A stretch of DNA of 64,000 nucleotides. It comes from Candidatus Micrarchaeota archaeon (GTDB lineage: Archaea > Micrarchaeota > Micrarchaeia > Micrarchaeales > CABMGC01). The DNA is taken from assembly GCA_021851065.1 (NCBI GenBank), contig JAJZJQ010000004.1, forward strand, positions 3,707 through 67,706. The letters are read 5' to 3'. Position 1 is the stretch's first letter. The number at the start of each line of letters is the position of its first letter. Shown here in pieces: positions 27,311-37,705 of this stretch. Position numbers and translations under genes: made by a program. The notes under the pieces were generated by a model that saw nothing but the letters and a program-made list of their open reading frames with translations, made no database searches and was not told the DNA's origin.

Positions 27311-28885
27311 ATGCTACGAACTGATATTATGTCTGTTGACCAGAGATGGAAGCAACTTGGCGATGCGTTCTCCCTGATGAATCTTGAAGGTGTGGAATTC
27401 AGGGAGTACCAACTCAACATACTGCGTGCAATAGCGATGAGAGGCAACACGCTAGTCGTTCTTCCAACAGGTCTTGGCAAGACGTTCATAGGCATTGCAA
27501 TTATGGCAAAGGCGCTTTCCCAGGGAAAGAAGGCAATGGTTCTTGCTCCAACAAAGCCGCTTGTGGAGCAGCACTACAGTGTGCTGGAAAAGATGCTTGG
27601 GATACCAAAAAACGAGATACTGCTCCTCACCGGTTCGATGGGAAAGAAGAAGAGGGCAGATCTTGAAGCCAGCGCACGCGTAATCGTGGCGACGCCGCAG
27701 ACAGTAGCAAACGATCTAAAGGCCGGCGTCATGACGCTTGACGGGTACGGGGCAGCCATATTCGACGAATGCCATAGGGCCGTAGGGAAGTATGCGTATA
27801 CCTATGTTGCAAACGAGTGCGCCGTGCGCGACATACTTATAGTGGGCCTCACGGCATCGCCAGGAGGCAAAAAGGAGAGGATAAATGCACTAGTTGGTGC
27901 GCTGAACATAAGGCACATAGAGGCAAGAGTTGCAAGCGACAGCGATGTAGCCAGGTATGTCATGCCAAAATACGTCCACATAGTCAACGTCGAGCTAAGC
28001 AACAGGGTAAGGGAAATCGCAAATGCCCTAAAGCCCGAGATGGACGCAAGCCTTGGCACACTAAACAGCATGGGCCTGCTAAGAGTAAGGGGTCTAGAGT
28101 ATCTTCCAAAAGGCAGGTTGATAGCTCTTGGCGACCAAATAAGCCGCATACAGGCAGACAACTACCGAATGGGTGCCATGTTCTCTTACTCAAAACTGCT
28201 AAACCTTGTGCACGCGCAGGACCTTATACTCACTGAAGGCATTTATCCGTTCTCAAGTTACATCGAGTCGCTCTACGCCAGGGAGAAGAAGAGCAGGAGC
28301 CTTGAGTCGCTGCTAAAAGGCAGGGGCATGCTGCTTGCAAGGGAGTCTGCTCTGCAGGCAAGGCGCAACGGCGAGGAGCATCCAAAAGTGGTAGCCGTGC
28401 TCGACGTCCTAAAGAACATCAAGGATGGTAAGAAGGCGATAATTTTCGCACAGTTCAGGTCCACCATCAAGATGCTCGTTGAATACATAAACAACAACGG
28501 CATACGCTCTGCTCCGTTCGTGGGCAAGAAGGAAGGCGTTACGCAGGAGCAGCAAAAGCAGGTGGTGCAGGATTTCAGGGACGGCAAGTTCGACGTCCTT
28601 GTTGCAAGTTCCATAGGCGAAGAGGGCATAGACATACCCGGCGTGGATTCGGTGATATTCTACGAGCCAATACCAAACGAGATAAGGAATATACAAAGGA
28701 GGGGAAGGACAGGGAGATTCGATGCAGGCAACATCTACATACTCGTAGCAAGAGGCACAAAGGACCAGATATACCTGCGCGTGTCTGAGCAAAGGGAGAT
28801 GAAGATGCTTTATCTTGTAAGGACAATAAATGCGAAATTAGATGCCTCCATGCCAAGTCAAGGGCAATCCACATTGTCAAAATGA
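27311..28885 (+). CDS. hef: Hef/FANCM-like SF2 helicase (helicase-only form)
   Basis: Motif I LPTGLGKT, motif II DECH, motif VI QRRGRTGR. The start is taken at 27311 or 27329, because 27272 abuts the tRNA. No ERCC4 nuclease domain. Confidence 0.8.
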   Translation: MLRTDIMSVDQRWKQLGDAFSLMNLEGVEFREYQLNILRAIAMRGNTLVVLPTGLGKTFIGIAIMAKALSQGKKAMVLAPTKPLVEQHYSVLEKMLGIPKNEILLLTGSMGKKKRADLEASARVIVATPQTVANDLKAGVMTLDGYGAAIFDECHRAVGKYAYTYVANECAVRDILIVGLTASPGGKKERINALVGALNIRHIEARVASDSDVARYVMPKYVHIVNVELSNRVREIANALKPEMDASLGTLNSMGLLRVRGLEYLPKGRLIALGDQISRIQADNYRMGAMFSYSKLLNLVHAQDLILTEGIYPFSSYIESLYAREKKSRSLESLLKGRGMLLARESALQARRNGEEHPKVVAVLDVLKNIKDGKKAIIFAQFRSTIKMLVEYINNNGIRSAPFVGKKEGVTQEQQKQVVQDFRDGKFDVLVASSIGEEGIDIPGVDSVIFYEPIPNEIRNIQRRGRTGRFDAGNIYILVARGTKDQIYLRVSEQREMKMLYLVRTINAKLDASMPSQGQSTLSK

Positions 28886-28953
28886 GGTTTTTCGTAAGCC
28901 TGTACGCAAAGCTTATATACTACAAGAGACAAATATACCTATCGGGGATTGGG

Positions 28954-29190
28954 ATGGATAGAAATCCGATGGGTAGGTTGCATAATGCGTCCAGCATAGG
29001 CAGTCTGGAGAGCGCCGTTGGGGGACTGGAGGCGTTCGCTATTGCGTTCCCCGATTCTAGAAGCGAAGTAGTCGGGCTCATGGAACGCTATAGCATATCT
29101 GCAAGGAGGACCGACAGGAAGGTACTTCAATCGGCAGCCTCAAGGATAGCCGCACTAGGCATGCTGGAGATCCTGCAGGGAATAAACTAG
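28954..29190 (+). CDS. hypothetical protein
   Basis: ORF 28882..29190. ATG at 28954 after the TATA-like cttatatac. No motif recognised. Confidence 0.3.
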   Translation: MDRNPMGRLHNASSIGSLESAVGGLEAFAIAFPDSRSEVVGLMERYSISARRTDRKVLQSAASRIAALGMLEILQGIN

Positions 29191-29217
29191 TATGGCAAGC
29201 CCGGGCTTAGCCTGCGG

Positions 29218-29493
29218 TCAGCTCTCTTGGTCTAGTATCTCGAGCATCTGGCCCTGGCCCAGCCCGGAAGGGAATTGCTCAAACTTAACTATGACGAAAG
29301 GATCCTCTGCACCAACTACCACACCTGGCCATGCCTTCTCGCTCTTGTCCACGTACTGCACTTTCTTGCCGATCAATGTCTGCAAGTCAACTTCATCGCT
29401 AGGAGTTGCTGCAAGATGATCGCGATCCAGGGATGTCACTATTGCATATATCATATTATCAGTTGCTGTGAAAGCATTCGTAATGCGCACCAC
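29218..29493 (-). CDS. hypothetical small protein (SH3-like C-terminus?)
   Basis: 91 aa. Its promoter region is divergent from the DUF929 gene. Confidence 0.4.
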   Translation of the reverse strand: MVRITNAFTATDNMIYAIVTSLDRDHLAATPSDEVDLQTLIGKKVQYVDKSEKAWPGVVVGAEDPFVIVKFEQFPSGLGQGQMLEILDQES

Positions 29494-29532
29494 ATATTTA
29501 TATTATTAGCGCACGATAAATTGCTGATAAAT

Positions 29533-30330
29533 ATGGATAGGAAGACAACGTATGCCGTAATAGCTGTCCTGCTCATAATCGCTGTCGGGCTGCTAATATA
29601 CTTCAACATAGGTCCTGCAAAGGGCAAATACCTTGTGTCCTACATAAACCAGCCTGTGCCGCAGAGCCTTATCAATGAACTAAATGTCTCAGGCAGCGTT
29701 AGCAACAGGGTAGGGGCCGGAGCCGTAGGCTACTATCCGCAGAAGATAAGTGCTCCGCCTCTAACTAATGACAGCAAGCCCGAGGTTCTTTACATAGGCG
29801 CAGATTACTGCCCATACTGCGCAGCTACCAGGTGGGGCCTTATAATAGCTCTGTCAAGATTCGGTACGTTCTCCAATCTGCACTACATGATCTCTAACAC
29901 AAGCGACGTATATGCAGGCACGCCAACATTCACTTTCTACAACTCTTCTTACACAAGCAACTACATAACCTTCACAGCAGTGGAAACCTCCACACAGAAC
30001 AAGAAGCCACTTCAGACTCCGACCCCATCCCAGGCTGCCATATTCGGCAAGTATGCCTATCCGCCATACGTCCCCGCACCTGGGGGTGGCATACCGCTAA
30101 TAGACTTCGGCAACATGTCCATACAGGACGGCGCACCTATAGATCCATCCCTGCTGCAGTACAGCAACTGGACCCAGATAGCCCATAATCTAACGGTGCT
30201 GAACTCCACGGCGGCGCTTGGGGTAGTAGGCAGCGCAGACGTGTTCACTGCACAGATCTGCAGGATGACAAACTTCACGCCATCGAACGTGTGCTCACAG
30301 CCATATATATCCAGTATACTCGGATCCTGA
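29533..30330 (+). CDS. DUF929 thioredoxin-like membrane-anchored protein
   Basis: ATG at 29533 (the ORF extension to 29275 overlaps the opposite gene). N-terminal [27 protein letters not shown] and [22 protein letters not shown] match the DUF929 signature as I recall it. Confidence 0.75.
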   Translation: MDRKTTYAVIAVLLIIAVGLLIYFNIGPAKGKYLVSYINQPVPQSLINELNVSGSVSNRVGAGAVGYYPQKISAPPLTNDSKPEVLYIGADYCPYCAATRWGLIIALSRFGTFSNLHYMISNTSDVYAGTPTFTFYNSSYTSNYITFTAVETSTQNKKPLQTPTPSQAAIFGKYAYPPYVPAPGGGIPLIDFGNMSIQDGAPIDPSLLQYSNWTQIAHNLTVLNSTAALGVVGSADVFTAQICRMTNFTPSNVCSQPYISSILGS

Positions 30331-30340
30331 TGGTGCGTCA

Positions 30341-30778
30341 ATGCAAGCTATTGCAAAGGTGCGCATGGTTGCCTATGTCATTGCAGTCATAGGCCTACTT
30401 CTGAGCGTTTATCTTACCCTTGTGCATTACACATCTGTGCCTCTTGCATGTCCGCAGACAGGCCTTATAAACTGCCAGAGCGTCTTGACAAGCAAGTATG
30501 CCATGATACTAGGTATACCTGTAGCAGTGTTGGGCCTTGTATTTTTCATCGGCGAGTTTTTTGCCATAAAGCTGTACCTTGGCAAGGATCCGATGATAAT
30601 CTACAACATAGTGGGCATAGCTTTTGTCGCATACTTTCTCTATTCTGAGTATATGGTGGGCCATATCTGCGAATACTGCACGTCTGTGCACATATGCGTG
30701 CTCGCACTGCTCATAATATCAGTATGGGGCTTCGGCAAGGGCAGCGGCGCTGCTGCCGTACCTACTGCATCTTCATGA
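30341..30778 (+). CDS. VKOR-family (vitamin K epoxide reductase-like) disulfide oxidoreductase
   Basis: Four TM. Loop Cys pair ACPQTGLINC followed by SKYAMILGIPVAVLG. CEYC in the last TM. Confidence 0.8.
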   Translation: MQAIAKVRMVAYVIAVIGLLLSVYLTLVHYTSVPLACPQTGLINCQSVLTSKYAMILGIPVAVLGLVFFIGEFFAIKLYLGKDPMIIYNIVGIAFVAYFLYSEYMVGHICEYCTSVHICVLALLIISVWGFGKGSGAAAVPTASS

Positions 30779-31676
30779 GTTTCTTCTCTATCTCTACTAG
30801 GACGTCGAGTATCATCCCTGCAACAAAGAACAGCATGCCAACTACAACAAGCAGGAATGCAAGAAGAGCGCGTCCCGTTAAGCTGAATGTTCCGTTTTGG
30901 GCGAACTGTATCAGCACCCCTATTCCAAGCACCAATCCTATTATTATGATAACAATCCCTATGCCTCCGAATAGCAGCATGGGGCTATAGTCTCTTAGTT
31001 GCCTTACTAGATGGGATGCCACGTTTACACCATACGCAAGCTTGGACTTAGTCAGTTTAGATTCTCCATGCCTCCTTTTATAATATCGTATGTCGACTTG
31101 CCTTACCTTGTATCCGCGCCGTGCAAGCTCTATAGCAAAGAATGCTATCCCTGCTCTATACGGATCTACGCTGCGTATGCTCTCAAAAGTCTTCTTGCTC
31201 ACAACAAACAACCCTGTCAGTACGTCGTCCACCTTCGCCTTGTACAGAGAGCTGAACATCCTGCTAAGAACAGTATTTCCAAATACCAGGTATGGGCTCA
31301 TAGAGCCCTTCTCCAGACTGTGCATCCTGTTTCCCAACACAAGGTCCGCTTTGCCTTCCTCTATTAGCCTGACACCATCTGCTATTCCACTTACATCGTG
31401 CGTGGCATCGCCATCTATGCTGGCAAGCACATCCCCCCTGGCCTTCTGCAGACCTTCCATAACTGCATTCTCGACACCCCTGCTTAACTGCCTTATCACT
31501 GTGGCTCCTGTTTTTCTTAACCTGATGCGGTAGGCCTCGCTGCTCTTATCCACTATTATTATCTCAGTGCCTTCCCCAAGCAACTTTCTTATACTGCCAA
31601 TTAGCTCGAATACGCTTTCCTCCTCAATGGTCGGTATCACAACGCTTATTCTTGGACCCATCGGATCACATAACAT
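30762..31676 (-). CDS. family 2 glycosyltransferase (Dpm1-like) with C-terminal TM helices
   Basis: ISVVIPT, DXD-type IDGDATHD, two C-terminal TM helices. The 3' end overlaps the VKOR gene by 17 nt (convergent). Confidence 0.8.
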   Translation of the reverse strand: MLCDPMGPRISVVIPTIEEESVFELIGSIRKLLGEGTEIIIVDKSSEAYRIRLRKTGATVIRQLSRGVENAVMEGLQKARGDVLASIDGDATHDVSGIADGVRLIEEGKADLVLGNRMHSLEKGSMSPYLVFGNTVLSRMFSSLYKAKVDDVLTGLFVVSKKTFESIRSVDPYRAGIAFFAIELARRGYKVRQVDIRYYKRRHGESKLTKSKLAYGVNVASHLVRQLRDYSPMLLFGGIGIVIIIIGLVLGIGVLIQFAQNGTFSLTGRALLAFLLVVVGMLFFVAGMILDVLVEIEKKLMKMQ

Positions 31677-31706
31677 GGGAATGAAAGTTATTTATTGTAA
31701 ACCCCA

Positions 31707-34700
31707 GTGCAGTTTTGTTTACCTGCGCCCAAATTATTTTTTGCAATGGTTTTAAACTTTGGTATCAAGAAATATGACGATATGACCAGGGCTGGTATGC
31801 GGATGGAACTACATGGTAATGCGCTTCTTATAAAACGGCTTGCAATTATGCGTCCTGCAGCGTTAATATCATTGACGTGCCTCCTGATGCTCCTGGGGAG
31901 TTCCTATGCAGCACAGTTATCGGCATATCCAGGCCAGTTCACTCTTTCTAACACTGTAATAGACGTTGGGCAGATCTCCGTTGCAAACACTGTAATAAGC
32001 GCAGGAAGCGGAGGGCCGTATTATGGGGAGTGGGTATGGGTGCTTGGCAACGGCGCAAACCAAACAATCAATAACGAATACACCAATTCTATATACATCT
32101 CATCAGGGCCTCGCTTCACCTGGTCAAGCCCATCGGGCAATCTAATCTACGTTACCACAACGACGGGCATCGATGTGGTAAACGCGCTTAGCAATACGAC
32201 TGTGGACTTGATCTCAACAGGAGGGGAGGCGCTTTCACCTCCAGCATTCGATCCTGCAGGCACTCTTGCTTATGTGCCCTGCTGCGAATACTCCAGCACA
32301 AACGTGATAAAAACAGTAAACCTGCAGACAGGATCCATAGTAAATACAATAACTTTCGTAAGCCAGCCAGGAGCTGTTGCCATAAACCCGCACGGCACCT
32401 ACCTCTACGTCTCAAACGGCGTTCCTGCCATTGCCGTCGTAAATACTCTTACAAACACCATAGTTGGCAGCATACAGCTCTCAGGTATACCTTCTGCGTT
32501 TGCGCCAAATCCTTCCGGCAGCCTTCTGTATGTGGGTGTACCTGGCAATGCCATAGCTGTATTCAACACCACTACCTATGCTCAGGTAAACACAATAAGT
32601 GTCAGCGGAACAACGACTGAAATAATATTCAATTCGCAAGGCACAGTAGCCTATGCGATAAACTACAACGCGGGCTACGTAAGCGTGATAAATACTGCGT
32701 CAAACTCCATAACAGGCACAATATCCGGATTGAGCCATCCCATAGGGGATTCGCTCAACCCATCAGGTACAATAGACTACGGAGGCACAGCTACGGGGCT
32801 AGACGTCCATCAGATAGATGCTGCTACAAACTCCCTCCTGCCTTATATAAGTGCCGGGGGGAATGTCTACGGCACATACGTCAGCCCAAACGGCTCGCTT
32901 GTATATGCAGACTCTTATACCTCCGACAACCTGATAATCATAACGCCTCCAGAATCAGCTCTCCAAATCCTTCCGGCCGCGCCGCAAGCAGGCAGCAGCA
33001 TGCAGATGACAATAAATGCCGTGTCTACCAACCTTCTGTCCTTCACCTTCAACGGGGTCACATACACTGAAAACACGGTGTCAAAGACGGTCTACGGCAC
33101 ATGGGATCTATATGGATTTGCCCAGGATGCTGCCATCTCCTCTTCCTCCTATCCTGGCAATAGCCTTCTCATGTCAAATGGCATAACAATCAACCCGCCA
33201 CTTATCGATACAAACGTGATAGCAAGCAACGTGACTATAGCTCAGGGTCAGTACGAAACCCTTACTGGGGTGTGGTCAGGCGGAACGCCTCCCTATTCCG
33301 TGAGCATAACTGCAACAAATTCAATTAATGGGAATGTTCTGGGCCAAGTGCGGGCATCGGATCTATCTTCAAATTCCGAATCATTTACGTTTCAGGTGCC
33401 AAGCTCCTCAAATTCTCTTGGCATTCCAACCGTAGAGCTCACCGTGTCTGACAGTGCAAGCACCGCTGAAACCAACTCCACAATCTATCATCCCATAGCC
33501 CAAGTAAAGCAATTCGCCCCAACTTTCAGCCTGGGTCTGTGCTATGCGTACAAGTTTGCAGGCCAGTACTACCTGTCCAGCGCGGCGAAATGCAATGCTA
33601 CTGGCAGCATAACCTCATCAGGCAATCAGGCTGTCGCAAGCATGTACATCAACGGCAATTTCGTTGGAAATACCATACAGTATTCGACCAACACATTCTC
33701 CTATCCGATAAACCTGATACCAGGCACATACCAAATAACCTTCAACACCCTCGGCGACGGAAACTATGTCTACGGGGGGGTTACGGACCTGCTAAACATA
33801 ATAAACAGCAGCACTGTGATGGGCATCAATGGCGGCCCTTATTGGTGGGGATACACTGCATACGATTATAACCTCATGGCAGCTGCAAATGTCTTATATA
33901 TACGCATGGACGTACTTGCCCCACCTTATCCTGCCTTCGCAAGCCAGATAGCAAACATGACTAGCCATGGGTTCAAGATCATAGGCATACTCGATTACAA
34001 TACTGTATGCGGCGCAGGGGTAAATTGCGATTTCACTCTTGCACAGTGGGACGGGGCCGTTGCAAATGCAGTCACTGACTATCCGCAGATACACATATGG
34101 GAGATCTGGAACGAACCGCAGTACGGGTATGCGCAGATGGGTTACATCACCGGAGGCATACCATACAACTACTCCAAGATGGTTGAGGGCGCTGCGCCGC
34201 TGATACGGGCCCACAACGCAACAGACCAGATACTCTGCTTTGGAGGCGACAACATATATTCAGGCGGAGACACTTACGATGCAGCATTTTATAAATGGGC
34301 ACAGCAGGTGTGGTCAAATCTGACCGCAGCAAACGCCGTCTCAGACTGCAATGCAATATCCCTGCACGCATACACCAACTACTACGGGTGGCAGCTCAAT
34401 CAGACTGCTGGCGGCCAGTACACAATTGCAAACGTATTCAACCAGTCCCTGGCTGCATACGAGTCGCTCACGTCAAAGCCCATCTGGATAACGGAATATG
34501 GTATGCCATATGATAACACATGCCACTCTGTGCCATGCAACTATTCCAGTCAGTATGAATTCGACTCTCAGGCCGCAGGCCTCTTCCTATCGCATTTATA
34601 CGTCAAGGCAGTCACTGTGTTTAACCTCAACACTCCTTCATGGGCTCTCATCAATTCCACTACAGAGAAACCCAATCCGGCATTCTACGGGTACCGGAAC

Positions 34701-37598
34701 TTCTCCGAGATGATGGCCAACCTTAACACCTCCGGCTATACTGTCCCTTCCCTTGGCGCCGCATCGCCAACTACGCAGGTGGTAGACCAGGATCAGAATG
34801 CCATCATCAACGATAGCGGCATGTCAGGCGGCGCCACTCCATATACTTATCAATGGGAAGCGGGATTCAATTATGTCCCGACCCTAACTCCAGCAAATGC
34901 AGTCAATGCCGATTCATACCTGGGCCTTGGTACGCAGGGTGGCAATGCCGAGTCACAGAATGCGCTCTTTGCCACAAACTCACAGACGCAGACCGGCACA
35001 TATTACTTCATACTAAATGCCACAGATATGCATCCTACATCGCAAAGAAGCGCGACTCTTGAAGTAGTTGTCAACCCACAGCTTCTTGCCAATCCTATAA
35101 CCCCTGCCAATCCTGCCTTAGACGATGGGCAATCAATCACTCTCGCAGTAAATGCTTTAGGCGGAACGCCTCCATATCATTACCAATGGTATAGCGCTGC
35201 CGGCACAGCGGCACCAGCCTGCACCGCTGCAAACTCCATAGCCGGTGCAACATCATCAACGTATTCTGCATCTCCAACCTCCTCGACCAGCTACGCATAC
35301 CTGGTGACCGATTCGGCTACAAAACCTGCAAGTGAATGTTCAAGCGGGGATACTGTGACAATAAACCCAGCGATGAAGCTTTCATCATTCACAGTATCAA
35401 ACACTGTGCTTGACTACGGCCAATACGTAACGCTAACTGCAACTTTATCTGCGTATTCTGGCCCATACGTATACAATTTCCTTATAGTTAATTCTACTAC
35501 AGGATCGGTCCTAAGCAGTGTCTTGCGCTCTACGTCATCCACCTCTGGCTCGGCTACCTTCCAGCTCACATCTGCCTATTCAGGCAACAGCCTTGCTGCA
35601 AACGTGGTAATAACAAACGCTACATCTGGCGTGGTCAATTCATTATATGCTGGCCTGGAGCTCAACAACCAGCTGTCTGCAGGCCCGATAACCTCAACAT
35701 CGGCTTCAGTCAGCTCCGGGCAGGGCGTCACTCTCACTGCACATCCATATGGGGGTACTTTCAGATCGGAGTATGTGTATGTGCCTATAACGATCATCAA
35801 CAGCCAGCCTAGCCCTACTCCTGCAAACTTCCAACAAGAGCTAACCATAAACAGCCTGCAGTATCATGGCTACATCAGCGCCAACTGGACCAATGTGGAA
35901 TTTACAGACAGTCCTGCATCAGGCAATGCGCTACATGCCTGGATAGAGAGCAACCCTCACAATACATCCACAAATACCATCGTATGGGTACTGCTTAGTA
36001 ATAGCATAGCAGCTAGCAGCAACGAAGTGATATATATGGACTTCATGAATTCAACTGTCATGTCTGCCAACGGTCCCACCGGCGAAGCTCCCCAGCTGTC
36101 ATCCGCCTACGGGGAATACGACGACGGAGGAAAAGTATTCAGCTTCTACGATAACTTTGAAGGAACAAGTCTGAACTCCAAGTGGGATGGAAATGCTGTT
36201 TACGGAGCAAGCATTGCAGTAGACAACGGCCTTACGCTTAACTCCGGCACATCCTCCACGCTTGGCAGTGCATCCATAACCTCAGCAACTCCAATAACCA
36301 CCACCAACAGCATAATCGACGCGCTAATGAACATATACGGCACTGCGTCAGGCCACGCAAGAGACAGGATTCACGGCACAGTAACGGGTCTTGGGATACC
36401 AGACTTCGGGATGTACGGCAATAGCGGCTATCCCCTGTATTACGACGGGGCATTCTCTTCAAATTTAGTTTCCATAGGCAACTCTGCAAAGGATATGAAC
36501 CTGATGGAAAGCGAAGCGTTCGCCCCTAACGGCATATTCACGTGGTCATCTTATAACAACGGCAGCAAGGAGTTCGGACTGTCAACAACATATTCCATTG
36601 GCACGCCATACACTATTGAATTCGATCCGACATATGACCAACAGACCCGCGGAGTGGAGAACATACAGTACATACTTGTGCACGCATATCCTCCAAACGG
36701 CACCATGCCATCCGCAGCCTACGGTCCAGTCTCTGCTCTGGTAAGCAACATCTACAACTATCAATGGTACGAGGGGTCTTCGTGCACATCACCCATAAGC
36801 GGCGCTACATCGAACACATATCTTGCGCAGCCAAGCTATACGACCACATACTCCTATGCAGTCATGGACTTTGCCACCACTCCATCGAGTGCCTGCTCCA
36901 CGGGATACGCTGTAACTACTAGCGCTCAGAATCCCTCTTCAGGGGGCACAAGCGCCAGCTCCGGCGGCTCAGGCGGGGGCAATCCTTCAGCTGCTGCCCC
37001 AATCAGATTTACTACTAACGAAACCGAAGTCAACGGCTATGCAGTCTTCGATGGTCATAAAATAAAAATCAGTACCTCTGGCAACGTGTCGATATTCGGA
37101 TACCATCTGTACAACCAGACACAGTACGATACCCACACGCTCGAATTAGGCGGCAAGAATATAACCATTTCAATAAACTTCATAACGCCTACAACCGCAG
37201 GCATCTCCATCAACGGGGTTCCGTACACTCTCTTTGCAGGGAATCTGATTTCCATAAATGATCCAATATACATCGACCTCGCCTCTATCTCGTACCTGCC
37301 TATAGGAGACACTGTCGACCTTAACATCTTCGCAATAGGGAATGGCACCTCAACGAATCATACTACAATTCCTTCGTCTTCAGTAGCAACCACTACCATA
37401 CCGCAGCCAACTACAACCAGTGCAGCAACCACTTCTACTCCAATCTCCGTACAGCCAAGAAATGCCACAGGCACTGAAAATCGCATCATATCTGCATTTG
37501 CAATAGTCCTTGCTGTGGTTGTGATAGCCGGGGTAGCATACTATCTGGCAGTTAGAAGAAGAATCCGCAGAAAACCTCCGTCAGCCACGCTTACATAA
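31707..37598 (+). CDS. giant (up to 1963 aa) mosaic surface glycoprotein: YVTN beta-propeller + clan GH-A glycoside hydrolase + PKD-like repeats + DUF2341/LamG-like + TM anchor
   Basis: The probable start is the signal peptide MRPAALISLTCLLMLLGSSYAA (31848). YVTN-type repeats are at about 32100-32950 (LYVSNGVPAIAVVNTLTNTIVGSI). IWEIWNEPQ is at 34095-34121 and WITEYG at 34485-34502. GGTPPYHYQWY-type repeats are present. YVPITIINSQ...LHAWIES (about 35770 onward) is DUF2341-like. C-terminal TM helix at about 37490-37550. Confidence 0.85.
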   Translation: MQFCLPAPKLFFAMVLNFGIKKYDDMTRAGMRMELHGNALLIKRLAIMRPAALISLTCLLMLLGSSYAAQLSAYPGQFTLSNTVIDVGQISVANTVISAGSGGPYYGEWVWVLGNGANQTINNEYTNSIYISSGPRFTWSSPSGNLIYVTTTTGIDVVNALSNTTVDLISTGGEALSPPAFDPAGTLAYVPCCEYSSTNVIKTVNLQTGSIVNTITFVSQPGAVAINPHGTYLYVSNGVPAIAVVNTLTNTIVGSIQLSGIPSAFAPNPSGSLLYVGVPGNAIAVFNTTTYAQVNTISVSGTTTEIIFNSQGTVAYAINYNAGYVSVINTASNSITGTISGLSHPIGDSLNPSGTIDYGGTATGLDVHQIDAATNSLLPYISAGGNVYGTYVSPNGSLVYADSYTSDNLIIITPPESALQILPAAPQAGSSMQMTINAVSTNLLSFTFNGVTYTENTVSKTVYGTWDLYGFAQDAAISSSSYPGNSLLMSNGITINPPLIDTNVIASNVTIAQGQYETLTGVWSGGTPPYSVSITATNSINGNVLGQVRASDLSSNSESFTFQVPSSSNSLGIPTVELTVSDSASTAETNSTIYHPIAQVKQFAPTFSLGLCYAYKFAGQYYLSSAAKCNATGSITSSGNQAVASMYINGNFVGNTIQYSTNTFSYPINLIPGTYQITFNTLGDGNYVYGGVTDLLNIINSSTVMGINGGPYWWGYTAYDYNLMAAANVLYIRMDVLAPPYPAFASQIANMTSHGFKIIGILDYNTVCGAGVNCDFTLAQWDGAVANAVTDYPQIHIWEIWNEPQYGYAQMGYITGGIPYNYSKMVEGAAPLIRAHNATDQILCFGGDNIYSGGDTYDAAFYKWAQQVWSNLTAANAVSDCNAISLHAYTNYYGWQLNQTAGGQYTIANVFNQSLAAYESLTSKPIWITEYGMPYDNTCHSVPCNYSSQYEFDSQAAGLFLSHLYVKAVTVFNLNTPSWALINSTTEKPNPAFYGYRNFSEMMANLNTSGYTVPSLGAASPTTQVVDQDQNAIINDSGMSGGATPYTYQWEAGFNYVPTLTPANAVNADSYLGLGTQGGNAESQNALFATNSQTQTGTYYFILNATDMHPTSQRSATLEVVVNPQLLANPITPANPALDDGQSITLAVNALGGTPPYHYQWYSAAGTAAPACTAANSIAGATSSTYSASPTSSTSYAYLVTDSATKPASECSSGDTVTINPAMKLSSFTVSNTVLDYGQYVTLTATLSAYSGPYVYNFLIVNSTTGSVLSSVLRSTSSTSGSATFQLTSAYSGNSLAANVVITNATSGVVNSLYAGLELNNQLSAGPITSTSASVSSGQGVTLTAHPYGGTFRSEYVYVPITIINSQPSPTPANFQQELTINSLQYHGYISANWTNVEFTDSPASGNALHAWIESNPHNTSTNTIVWVLLSNSIAASSNEVIYMDFMNSTVMSANGPTGEAPQLSSAYGEYDDGGKVFSFYDNFEGTSLNSKWDGNAVYGASIAVDNGLTLNSGTSSTLGSASITSATPITTTNSIIDALMNIYGTASGHARDRIHGTVTGLGIPDFGMYGNSGYPLYYDGAFSSNLVSIGNSAKDMNLMESEAFAPNGIFTWSSYNNGSKEFGLSTTYSIGTPYTIEFDPTYDQQTRGVENIQYILVHAYPPNGTMPSAAYGPVSALVSNIYNYQWYEGSSCTSPISGATSNTYLAQPSYTTTYSYAVMDFATTPSSACSTGYAVTTSAQNPSSGGTSASSGGSGGGNPSAAAPIRFTTNETEVNGYAVFDGHKIKISTSGNVSIFGYHLYNQTQYDTHTLELGGKNITISINFITPTTAGISINGVPYTLFAGNLISINDPIYIDLASISYLPIGDTVDLNIFAIGNGTSTNHTTIPSSSVATTTIPQPTTTSAATTSTPISVQPRNATGTENRIISAFAIVLAVVVIAGVAYYLAVRRRIRRKPPSATLT

Positions 37599-37705
37599 CT
37601 TGTGCCCTTCCAAACTTCTAGCACCGGATCTGCACAAACGCAGCAGTTGCAGCCTGCCGTGTGGCGTGCTGACCTGTGCAGCGAATGAGCCGTAATTACC
37701 CATAT

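Noticed and set aside
29275-29532. Upstream extension of the DUF929 ORF.
   Set aside because: It overlaps the opposite-strand gene 29218..29493. The ATG at 29533 is followed immediately by the expected TM anchor and is preceded by an AT-rich promoter.
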